64,000 bases of DNA from an uncultured Lachnospiraceae bacterium (GCA_964631595.1 CAZVXL010000004.1:12435-76434), one strand, 5' to 3'. Counted from the stretch's first letter, positions 9,160 to 17,418 are shown. Program-made: numbers and translations. Notes: generated by a model from the sequence alone, not told the origin.

Positions 9160-10109
9160 TTTCGAGAGCTTCGGAGCTGCTCTCCTCCGGAGAGGTGGCA
9201 AGAGTTATCGGCTGGAAGCGCGGAGAGCTCGGCTACGATACGACTCCGGCGATATTCGAGAGCGCGGAGGAGCTGGAGAGAGATTTCGTGTACGGCGATT
9301 TCTGCGGCGCGAATCTGTCCAAATATTTGATAAAGAGCATGAGGAGCGAGGGCAAGACTCTTGTGATGCTGAAGCTGTGCGATACCTACAGCTTCAATCA
9401 GCTCCTCACGGAGCACAGGATAAGCCGCGATAAGACATACGTTATTGCGGTGGGCTGCGCCGGAATGGCGGATCCCGAGAGACTGCGTAGGCTCGGGATC
9501 ACCGGAATTACCGGAATCACGGGTGAGGGCGATAGCTTTGCAGTGTCCACCGTATACGGCGAGAGGACTGTGCCGAAGAAGGACTGCCTGTGCATAAAAT
9601 GCCTGTCCTGCAAGGGCGGCGAGCCGGTCGTGTACGATGAGATCATCGGCGGGGACATCACTCCTCCGAAGTTCGACGACCGCTTTGAGCAGGTACACGC
9701 GCTTGAGGCGATGAGCCCCGAGGAGAGATATGGATTCTGGAGAGGGGAGCTGTCACGCTGTATCAGATGTAACGCCTGCCGAAATGTTTGCCCCGCCTGC
9801 TCCTGCGAGAGCTGTGTGTTCGATAACCCGAATTCGGGCGTGGCACAGAAGGCGGCTGCCGACTCCTTTGAGGAGAATATGTTCCATATAATCAGAGCCT
9901 TCCACGTCGCCGGAAGATGCACCGATTGCGGAGAGTGCTCCAGAGTGTGCCCCGAGAGCATACCGCTCCATCTTCTGAACAGGAAGTTTATTTCCGATAT
10001 CGACAGCTATTACGGAAAGTATCAGGCGGGTGAGACCGAAGGGCAGAGAGCACCTCTTGTGGATTACACCGAGGACGATGCGGAGCCCTCCGCCATCTAT
10101 GACAGATAA
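9144..10109 (+). CDS. AsrA/HydB-type Fe-S protein (FlxC/FlxB-like), paralog 1
   Basis: 321 aa with CIRCNACRNVCPACSC (CxxCxxCxxxCPxCxC) and CTDCGECSRVCP. It overlaps the mvhD end by 16 nt and contains a GITGITGITG tract. Confidence 0.65.
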   Translation: MQEKLISRASELLSSGEVARVIGWKRGELGYDTTPAIFESAEELERDFVYGDFCGANLSKYLIKSMRSEGKTLVMLKLCDTYSFNQLLTEHRISRDKTYVIAVGCAGMADPERLRRLGITGITGITGEGDSFAVSTVYGERTVPKKDCLCIKCLSCKGGEPVVYDEIIGGDITPPKFDDRFEQVHALEAMSPEERYGFWRGELSRCIRCNACRNVCPACSCESCVFDNPNSGVAQKAAADSFEENMFHIIRAFHVAGRCTDCGECSRVCPESIPLHLLNRKFISDIDSYYGKYQAGETEGQRAPLVDYTEDDAEPSAIYDR

Positions 10110-10120
10110 GGGGGAGAGAT

Positions 10121-11137
10121 ATGTATTTTCTTAAAAAAGACAGACTGAGCGAGCTTTTTGCGGCTCTCTCCGCAGACTCGGCTCTTTATCTTCCCGCAAA
10201 GAATAAGGACGGCAAGACAGATTACGTGCGGTATACCGACGGGGTGGAATACAGCGATGCGCTCAATACGGAGCGCAGTGCCAAGGATTTCTTCTTCCCC
10301 CAGACGGAGGATATCGCGGATTTCAGAGTGGACGGAAAGAGCATCGAGGTGATAGACATTCGCCGTGAGCACGAGGATTACGTGATCTTCGGTGTGCGCG
10401 CCTGCGATATGGCAAGCTTTGATATTCTTGATTCCGTGTACCTGTCCGAGCCGATCGACAGCTATTATGCCGAGAGGCGCAGTCATGCGACTGTCATGAC
10501 GGTCGCTTGCCGTACTCCCGCGGAGACGTGCTTCTGCCGATGCTTCGGCATAGATCCCGCCGCTCCGGGCGGAGATGTGGCTTGTGCTCTCAGTGACAGC
10601 GGACTTTACCTTGAGGTAAGGACCGAAAAGGGAGAGGCACTGATCGGAAAGGTATCCCATATGCTTGAAGAGACCGACGGCGCGGAGGCGGCGGAGCAGG
10701 GAAAGCGGTGTCATGAGCTGATGGACAGACTCCCCCTTGCCGGACTCACCCCCGATGCCTTCGGCGGCGAGCGAATGATGGAGCATTTTTCCTCGGAGAA
10801 ATGGGCGTCCCTCTCCGAGGCGTGTCTCGGCTGCGGCACCTGCACCTTTGTGTGCCCCACCTGCCAGTGCTACGATATAAGAGATTTCGATACAGGAAGC
10901 GGCATAAGGCGTTTCCGTTGCTGGGATAGCTGTATGTATTCCGATTTCACGAAAATGGCTCACGGCAACTCCCGAAACAGTCAGCTTGAAAGATTCAGAC
11001 AGCGCTTCATGCACAAGCTTATGTACTATCCCGCAAACAACGACGGCAAATTCGGCTGTGTCGGCTGCGGCAGATGCCTGTCCAAGTGCCCCATCTCCAT
11101 GAATATCGTCAAGGTGATGAAGGCGCTTGGAGACTGA
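10121..11137 (+). CDS. Anaerobic sulfite reductase subunit A-like / sulfhydrogenase beta-like Fe-S protein (FlxB/FlxC-like), paralog 2
   Basis: 338 aa with CLGCGTCTFVCPTCQCYD and CVGCGRCLSKCP, and the AsrA-like N-terminal part (VIFGVRACD, FCRCFG). Confidence 0.7.
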   Translation: MYFLKKDRLSELFAALSADSALYLPAKNKDGKTDYVRYTDGVEYSDALNTERSAKDFFFPQTEDIADFRVDGKSIEVIDIRREHEDYVIFGVRACDMASFDILDSVYLSEPIDSYYAERRSHATVMTVACRTPAETCFCRCFGIDPAAPGGDVACALSDSGLYLEVRTEKGEALIGKVSHMLEETDGAEAAEQGKRCHELMDRLPLAGLTPDAFGGERMMEHFSSEKWASLSEACLGCGTCTFVCPTCQCYDIRDFDTGSGIRRFRCWDSCMYSDFTKMAHGNSRNSQLERFRQRFMHKLMYYPANNDGKFGCVGCGRCLSKCPISMNIVKVMKALGD

Positions 11138-11167
11138 TTTCGAGACGGCAACAGAAAGGAGCTAAGT

Positions 11168-11995
11168 ATGTATAACGAAACACTTATTCCGAGTATAGGA
11201 GTCATCACCGATATAAGGCAGGATACTCCGGACGTCAAGACCTTCCGAGTAGTCACGCCCGACGGAAAAAAGCCCTTCGTCCATATCCCCGGACAGTGCG
11301 CCATGCTCTCCGTCCCCGGAGTCGGAGAGGCGATGTTCTCAATAACCTCATCTCCCACGAATACCGAATTCTTTGAATTTTCCATAAAAAAGTGCGGCTG
11401 TCTCACGGATTGGCTTCACCGAATGGAGGTCGGTCAGCAGATAACGATCAGAGGCCCCTACGGAAACGGCTTCCCCGTGGATACCGTCCTCAAGGGCAAG
11501 GATCTGCTTTTCATTGCGGGAGGAATAGGACTTGCGCCCCTGCGCTCCGTGATAAACTATGTCCGCGACAGGAGAGAGAATTACGGTCGGGTGCAGATAG
11601 TCTACGGCTCACGCTCCATGGACGATCTCGTGGATTATGAGGAGATAATCGGTGAGTGGTCGAAGGATCCCGACGTCGAGGTGGCTCTGACGATAGACAG
11701 AGAGCAAGAGGGATGGAACGGACACGTCGGCTTCGTCCCGAGCTATGTGAAGGAGCTCTCCCCCGATATCTCAAGAACGGTGCTTGTCTGCGGCCCTCCG
11801 ATCATGATAAAGTTCACGCTTGCATCTCTGAAGGAGCTGGGCTTTACGGAGACGCAGGTGTTTACCACGATGGAGCTTCGCATGAAGTGCGGTGTCGGCA
11901 AGTGCGGCAGATGCAATATAGGCTCACGGTACGTTTGCAAGGACGGGCCGGTGTTCCGTTATGATGAGCTGTCGGAGCTGCCCGATGAGTATTGA
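11168..11995 (+). CDS. AsrB/PyrK/sulfhydrogenase-gamma-like FAD/NAD(P)H oxidoreductase with C-terminal [2Fe-2S] (FlxA-like)
   Basis: 275 aa. FNR-like fold (FVHIPGQCAMLS, FSITSSP, LLFIAGGIGLAPLRS, VLVCGPPIM) and a C-terminal CGVGKCGRCNIG...C cluster. Confidence 0.8.
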   Translation: MYNETLIPSIGVITDIRQDTPDVKTFRVVTPDGKKPFVHIPGQCAMLSVPGVGEAMFSITSSPTNTEFFEFSIKKCGCLTDWLHRMEVGQQITIRGPYGNGFPVDTVLKGKDLLFIAGGIGLAPLRSVINYVRDRRENYGRVQIVYGSRSMDDLVDYEEIIGEWSKDPDVEVALTIDREQEGWNGHVGFVPSYVKELSPDISRTVLVCGPPIMIKFTLASLKELGFTETQVFTTMELRMKCGVGKCGRCNIGSRYVCKDGPVFRYDELSELPDEY

Positions 11996-12043
11996 TGCGG
12001 CGCTCGGCGCTTGATATATAAAAACAAAGGAGAATGATCCCCT

Positions 12044-12718
12044 ATGGAAAACACGGTAAATATATTTCTTATGGGTAAAAGGTATGCGGTTCCCGAGAGC
12101 CTGACCATAATGAGGGCTATGGAATACGCGGGCTATGAGCTTGTTCGCGGCTGCGGCTGCAGAAACGGCTTCTGCGGAGCCTGCGCGACCGTTTACCGCA
12201 TAAAGGGCGAGAGCGAGCTTCACGCCTGCCTTGCCTGCCAGACGAAGGTCGAGGAGGGTATGTACATAGCGACACTGCCCTTCTTCCCGCTTGTCAAGAA
12301 GGTATATGATATCGAGAAGATCGGCCCCACCGAGCAGATCATGATGCAGCTTTATCCCGAGATATACGCCTGCATAGGCTGTAATGCCTGCACAAAGGCG
12401 TGTACGCAGGGACTTAACGTAATGCAGTATATCGCATATGCGCAGAGGGGCGAGTACGAGAAGTGCGCGGAGGAATCCTTTGACTGCGTAATGTGCGGAG
12501 TATGCTCATCGAGATGCCCTGCCGGAATTTCCCATCCGCAGGTGGCGCTTCTTGCAAGACGTCTTAACGGAAAGTATCTTGCGCCCGCAAGCGAGCATCT
12601 TGAAAACAGAGTTCGCGAGATCGAGAACGGCACCTTTGAGGAGCTTATCGAGGGACTTATGCAGAAGCCCTTGGCTGAGCTGAAGGAGCTGTACAACACA
12701 AGAGATATCGAGAAGTAA
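12044..12718 (+). CDS. Succinate dehydrogenase/fumarate reductase iron-sulfur subunit-like protein ([2Fe-2S] plus two full 4-Cys motifs)
   Basis: 224 aa with CGCRNGFCGACAT...C, CIGCNACTKAC and CVMCGVCSSRCP. Confidence 0.7.
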   Translation: MENTVNIFLMGKRYAVPESLTIMRAMEYAGYELVRGCGCRNGFCGACATVYRIKGESELHACLACQTKVEEGMYIATLPFFPLVKKVYDIEKIGPTEQIMMQLYPEIYACIGCNACTKACTQGLNVMQYIAYAQRGEYEKCAEESFDCVMCGVCSSRCPAGISHPQVALLARRLNGKYLAPASEHLENRVREIENGTFEELIEGLMQKPLAELKELYNTRDIEK

Positions 12719-12730
12719 GGAGGATTCAAA

Positions 12731-14329
12731 ATGTATACTGCCGAAATGCTTGAATCCATGAAAAGGGTGGAGGCGAGGCGCGCCGAAAACGCGGCGCTTG
12801 AGCCGCGCAGAATGACTGCCGAGGAAAAGGAGGCTCTCCTTGCGGCATATCATCCGGATCACAAGAAAAGCGAATTTTCCGTTCTGAAGATCGGAGCGAA
12901 CAAGGGTGAGGAGGTTCCTCACGAGCTTGCAGCACTCCTTCAGGGCAAAAGCCGCATCACCGCATCCTCGGTGAACCTTGATGCGCCCGATTACGATGTT
13001 GACGTGCTTGTGATCGGCGGCGGCGGAGCGGGCTCCTCTGCGGCGATCGAGGCACACGCCGCCGGAGCGAACGTGATGATAGTCACAAAGCTCAGAATAG
13101 GCGATGCGAATACCATGATGGCTGAGGGCGGAATCCAAGCCGCTGACAAGGAGAACGATTCTCCCGCCATTCACTATCTTGATGCCTTCGGAGGCGGACA
13201 CTTTGCCGCCAAGCCCTCACTTCTGAAAAGGCTTGTTACGGAGGCTCCCGAGGCTATTATGTGGCTGAATGAGCTCGGAGTGGAGTTTGACAAGGACGAA
13301 AACGGCACTATGGTCACCACGCACGGCGGCGGCACATCGAGGAAAAGAATGCACGCGGCAAAGGATTATTCCGGCGCCGAGATCATGCGTACTCTCCGCG
13401 ATGAGGTGCTGAACCGCGAGATACCCGTGGTCGATTTCACCTCTGCCATTGAGCTTATTCTTGATGAAAACGGACACGCCGCCGGAGCGGTGCTCCTCAA
13501 TATGGAGACGGATGAGCTTCTTGTGGCGAGAGCGAAAACGGTCATAATCGCCACGGGCGGAGCCGGCAGACTCCATTATCAGGGCTTCCCCACATCGAAT
13601 CATTACGGAGCTACGGCGGACGGACTTGTGCTTGCATACAGAGCGGGCGCAAAGCTCATGTATCCGGATACTCTCCAGTATCACCCCACGGGTGCCGCCT
13701 TCCCCGAGCAGATCTTCGGTGCGCTCGTTACGGAGAAGGTGCGCTCTCTCGGAGCAAAGCTCATCAACGCCAACGGCGAGGCATTCATGCATCCTCTTGA
13801 GACGCGTGACGTCTCGGCGGCTTCGATCATTCGCGAGTGCGGCGACAGAGGAAACGGTGTAAAAACCGCCGACGGCGTGGGAGTTTGGCTTGATACTCCC
13901 ATGATCGAGCTCAAGAACGGCGAGGGAACGATCGAGGCGCGTATCCCCGCGATGATGCGTATGTTCGGAAAGTACGGAATAGATATCAGGCGCGAGCCTA
14001 TCCTCGTTTATCCGACACTGCACTATCAGAACGGCGGAATTGATATCGAGCCCGACGGGCAGAGTGCGATCTCGGGTCTGTTTGTCGCGGGCGAGGCTGT
14101 TGGAGGAATCCACGGACGTAACAGACTTATGGGTAACTCCCTCCTTGACATTATCGTATTCGGAAGAAGCGCCGGCAAGAATGCCGCGGCACTTGCGAAG
14201 GATACGACTCTCGGTGCGCTCACGCTGGAACACATCGAGGCGTTCGAAAAGGAACGCGCAGCGGCAGGTATCACCGATACCGTGGTATCTCCGAAGCTGC
14301 TTCCCTCGTATGCGAGAAAGAAGAACTGA
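12731..14329 (+). CDS. Fumarate reductase/succinate dehydrogenase/L-aspartate oxidase-family flavoprotein; soluble, predicted non-covalent FAD
   Basis: 532 aa with DVLVIGGGGAGSSAA, LQYHPTG, LVTEKVRSLG, LHYQNGGI and GLFVAGEAVGGIHGRNRLMGNSLLD. Asn (13109-13111) replaces the covalent-FAD His. About 88 aa of N-terminal extension. Confidence 0.8.
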   Translation: MYTAEMLESMKRVEARRAENAALEPRRMTAEEKEALLAAYHPDHKKSEFSVLKIGANKGEEVPHELAALLQGKSRITASSVNLDAPDYDVDVLVIGGGGAGSSAAIEAHAAGANVMIVTKLRIGDANTMMAEGGIQAADKENDSPAIHYLDAFGGGHFAAKPSLLKRLVTEAPEAIMWLNELGVEFDKDENGTMVTTHGGGTSRKRMHAAKDYSGAEIMRTLRDEVLNREIPVVDFTSAIELILDENGHAAGAVLLNMETDELLVARAKTVIIATGGAGRLHYQGFPTSNHYGATADGLVLAYRAGAKLMYPDTLQYHPTGAAFPEQIFGALVTEKVRSLGAKLINANGEAFMHPLETRDVSAASIIRECGDRGNGVKTADGVGVWLDTPMIELKNGEGTIEARIPAMMRMFGKYGIDIRREPILVYPTLHYQNGGIDIEPDGQSAISGLFVAGEAVGGIHGRNRLMGNSLLDIIVFGRSAGKNAAALAKDTTLGALTLEHIEAFEKERAAAGITDTVVSPKLLPSYARKKN

Positions 14330-14346
14330 GCCTTATAAATACGAAA

Positions 14347-14374
14347 CGGCGGGAGGACGACTGTCCTCCCGCCG
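14347..14374. terminator. Bidirectional hairpin terminator between the frd-like gene and yigZ
   Basis: CGGCGGGAGGAC-GACT-GTCCTCCCGCCG: a perfect 12-bp GC-rich stem between convergent genes. Confidence 0.7.
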
Positions 14375-14415
14375 TGTTGCTTTGTGACTGTATCACAGGC
14401 GCGTGCGATGTGCGC

Positions 14416-15057
14416 TCAAGCCTTCCGTACAAAGTGTGTCTTGTCGGAGACCTCCACCGTGGCACGGGCGTTTGAGAGATCTCTCAAATACGCCGCATAT
14501 GACTCCGCGTTCCCGTCGGGGATTATCAGCGAAAACGATACGTTTTCACCGAAGACGGGTACATCGACGGCAAAGCCGGAGCTTTCCGCGGCGCGGGAAA
14601 GCTTGCCGTAAAGCTGATAATCCGTGGTGACGGTCACTCTGCGACAGCTGTGCATCGTACATTCGCCTGCATCATCGACGGCACCGACCGCCGCCTTTCC
14701 GTAAGCTCTGACAAGTCCGGGAGCGCCGAGCAGTATTCCCCCGAAATAGCGTACCACCACGACGGCGGTACAGCGAAGCTCCTTCTTCGATATGACATCG
14801 AGGCAGGGAACACCGCCCGTGCCTTGGGGCTCACCGTCGTCGGACATACGGCGTATCTCACTGCCGCCGTCAAGTCCGCCTACGGCATATGCGAAAACGT
14901 GATGCCTTGCATCGGGGTGCAGCTCCTTTATCCTTGAGATAAAGCCGTCCGCCTCCTCTTGCGTCATGCAGGGCGCGGCGTAGGCGATAAAACGCGATTT
15001 CTTTTCGACGAGCTCAAAGGAGCTCTCACCGGCGAGTGTCCTGTATTCTGTGATCAT
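14416..15057 (-). CDS. yigZ: YigZ/IMPACT-family protein
   Basis: 213 aa with EKKSRFIAYAAP, ARHHVFAY and VVVVRYFGGILLG. Confidence 0.8.
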   Translation of the reverse strand: MITEYRTLAGESSFELVEKKSRFIAYAAPCMTQEEADGFISRIKELHPDARHHVFAYAVGGLDGGSEIRRMSDDGEPQGTGGVPCLDVISKKELRCTAVVVVRYFGGILLGAPGLVRAYGKAAVGAVDDAGECTMHSCRRVTVTTDYQLYGKLSRAAESSGFAVDVPVFGENVSFSLIIPDGNAESYAAYLRDLSNARATVEVSDKTHFVRKA

Positions 15058-15093
15058 ATCTTACTCCGTACCTTGGGCGCGATACGCGCGGCT

Positions 15094-16914
15094 TTATTTC
15101 TGCGTGGGCTCAACTATGAACCGCTCCGCCTTTGATATATATTCCTCGGAGAGCCGGCATACCGCCAAGGTGCCCTCCTCTCCGTATTCCTCGGAGATCA
15201 CGGTGCCGTTTTTGTAAAGATACGGCATCACCCACCCCTCGGTATACGGAATGAGAAGCGTCAGCTCTCTTTCGCTCTTTGCAAAGAATGACGATATTTC
15301 CGCGCGGAGTCGGTCGAGCCCCGTGCCGCTCACGGCATCCGTGCAGATCACTGCGGCGGCGGAGCCTCTCGGGTATGACTTCACCGCTCCTGCCTTGTCC
15401 GTCTTGTTGAGTATGAGAAGCTGAGGCCTGTCGCCCGCTCCGATCTCATTCAACAGCTCGTTTACCACGCATATCTTTTCCTCAATATCCTCCGAGTCGC
15501 TTTCGACCACGTGCAGGAGCAGATCCGCCTGAGCCGCCTCCTCAAGAGTTGATTTGAAGGCTTCGATCAGCGTGTGCGGAAGCTTTCTGATAAAGCCCAC
15601 CGTGTCCACCATGAGGAACTCGTGCCCGTCGTCGTCCGTCATTCCGCGGACAGACGGATCGAGGGTGGCGAACAGCATATTCTCCGCAAATACATCCGCA
15701 TCGCAGAGGGTGTTCAGAAGTGTGGATTTTCCCGCATTGGTGTATCCGACGAGGGCTATTACGGGCATATTGCGCCTTGCTCTGTCGGCGCGGAGCATAT
15801 CGCGCCTCTTTGATACCTCGGCAAGCTCCTCCTCAAGATAGTGTATGCGGCGCAAGATGTGCCGCCTGTCGGATTGAAGCTTCGTCTCACCGGGACCTCG
15901 GGTGCCTATGCCTCCGCCGAACCTTGACAGCGCAGTTCCGCTTCCGCTCAGTCGCGGAAGCCTGTATTTTTGCTGGGCAAGCTCGACCTGAAGCGAGCCC
16001 TCTCTTGATTTTGCACGTGCGGCGAATATATCAAGAATGAGCGCGGTGCGGTCGATGACTCTTGCACCGATCAGCTCCTCAAGATTTCGGATCTGCGAGG
16101 GGGAGAGCTCATCGTCGAAAATGAGCAGCTCGGCATCAAGCGCCTGTCTTTCGAGGGTAAGCTCGTCGGCAAGTCCGCGCCCGATGTACAGCCTTGAATC
16201 CGGGGAGGGTCTGCGCTGTACATGATATGCGACCGGTATCGCACCGGCGGTCTTTGTAAGCTCTCCGAGCTCACGAAGCTCCGTCTCGGGACTGCCGCCG
16301 CTTCCTCCGCCGTCGCAGATCACGCCGACGAGGATCGCGCGCGAGCACTTCTCGGCTGTTTCTTCAAAGCGCGAGGGGGCTTCTCTGTCGAGAGCCTCCG
16401 CCTCATCAAAAAGCGGATCGAGAAGCGAGCTTTGTGACGGGAGCACGGGCCCGTGCAGAGCCGTTCTCCTTGAAAATTCGCCGTTCGGCTCTCTCGTCAG
16501 CATCGAGGCGCTGATACCGGTGACGGTCTCCTTCTCGGTGTTTACCCCGATAACGACCATGGAGTCGTATCTCATCGTATACAGTGAATTGAGATCGACC
16601 TCCGACGGCAGTGCGGAGCCGTTGGGGTGCGTGTGAAGAAGCCTGATCCCGCACAGACGCACCGCGGAGCGCTTTCCGTCCGTATCCGGAAGTGATACAC
16701 TGCGGCTGTCTCCGAGAGATATGGCAACAACTCTGTTTTTGCGGTCGAGGCAGACCGCGATCTCACGCGAGAGCGCACAGGTGACCTGCCGCATCATATC
16801 AAGAAGCTCGGTCGGGATATACGAGCCGGACTCATATACCTGCCCGTGGAAGGTTTCGATGTATTCTATGAGGGACTTCTTTATATCCCCGAGGTTGCCT
16901 GTGATTTCAGCCAT
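15094..16914 (-). CDS. hflX: GTPase HflX with an extra N-terminal JAB/RadC-like domain
   Basis: 606 aa. HflX N-domain (LQVELAQQKYRLPRL), G-domain (GYTNAGKST, DTVGF, NKTD). The first ~185 aa carry HTHPNGSALPSEVD (H-x-H-x7-S-x2-D). Confidence 0.85.
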   Translation of the reverse strand: MAEITGNLGDIKKSLIEYIETFHGQVYESGSYIPTELLDMMRQVTCALSREIAVCLDRKNRVVAISLGDSRSVSLPDTDGKRSAVRLCGIRLLHTHPNGSALPSEVDLNSLYTMRYDSMVVIGVNTEKETVTGISASMLTREPNGEFSRRTALHGPVLPSQSSLLDPLFDEAEALDREAPSRFEETAEKCSRAILVGVICDGGGSGGSPETELRELGELTKTAGAIPVAYHVQRRPSPDSRLYIGRGLADELTLERQALDAELLIFDDELSPSQIRNLEELIGARVIDRTALILDIFAARAKSREGSLQVELAQQKYRLPRLSGSGTALSRFGGGIGTRGPGETKLQSDRRHILRRIHYLEEELAEVSKRRDMLRADRARRNMPVIALVGYTNAGKSTLLNTLCDADVFAENMLFATLDPSVRGMTDDDGHEFLMVDTVGFIRKLPHTLIEAFKSTLEEAAQADLLLHVVESDSEDIEEKICVVNELLNEIGAGDRPQLLILNKTDKAGAVKSYPRGSAAAVICTDAVSGTGLDRLRAEISSFFAKSERELTLLIPYTEGWVMPYLYKNGTVISEEYGEEGTLAVCRLSEEYISKAERFIVEPTQK

Positions 16915-17046
16915 AGTGTTTTCCTTTCGGAGGAATTATATAGTATATTGTACCAAAACGCGAGGAAAATTTCAATACCGTAGCCCGCAGACGGGAATAA
17001 TTCCTTTATACTTCAAAAAGAAAGAAGGGTTTTTCGGCAAAACCAC

Positions 17047-17076
17047 TTGACAAGACCGAGGACAATGTTGTATAAT
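17047..17076 (+). promoter_or_regulatory. Sigma-A promoter of rpmH
   Basis: TTGACA (17047-17052), 18-nt spacer, TATAAT (17071-17076). Confidence 0.6.
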
Positions 17077-17159
17077 TACAAATGCGTATGTATGCCGACA
17101 GGGTATACTATGCCCAATGATACCAAAGATTTTAATGTGTATAAAAGGAGGTGCACCCC

Positions 17160-17294
17160 ATGCTCAGAACATATCAGCCGAAAAAGCGTCATCGCAGCAA
17201 GGTTCACGGCTTCAGAAAGAGAATGGCTACAGCAGACGGCAGAAAAGTGCTTAAAAGAAGACGCCAGAAGGGAAGAGCAAGACTTACCCACTGA
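17160..17294 (+). CDS. rpmH: 50S ribosomal protein L34
   Basis: Absent from the ORF track because it is only 44 aa. Hand translation gives [54 protein letters not shown] at 17145-17151. Confidence 0.95.
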   Translation: MLRTYQPKKRHRSKVHGFRKRMATADGRKVLKRRRQKGRARLTH

Positions 17295-17418
17295 GACGCT
17301 GCAATTGAATCGCACCTTTAACGGGTAAAGAAACCTCCGGAAAAACGGCGCTCTTGTGCTTTTCTCGGAGGTTTGCTGTATGTTTGCGGAATTGTCGGGC
17401 AGTCAAGCTTGAGCTATT

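Noticed and set aside
13217-14233. 338-aa ORF antisense to the FrdA-like gene (similar cases: 29265-30410, 19021-19935, 8539-9201, 10097-11014)
   Set aside because: The sense strands carry strong family motifs. These are reported only as track artefacts.
16915-17159. Replication origin next to rpmH-rnpA-yidC-jag
   Set aside because: I found no TTATCCACA/TGTGGATAA DnaA boxes in this spacer. dnaA is not adjacent (hflX is), and mnmE/mnmG do not follow jag. The cluster therefore does not mark oriC here.
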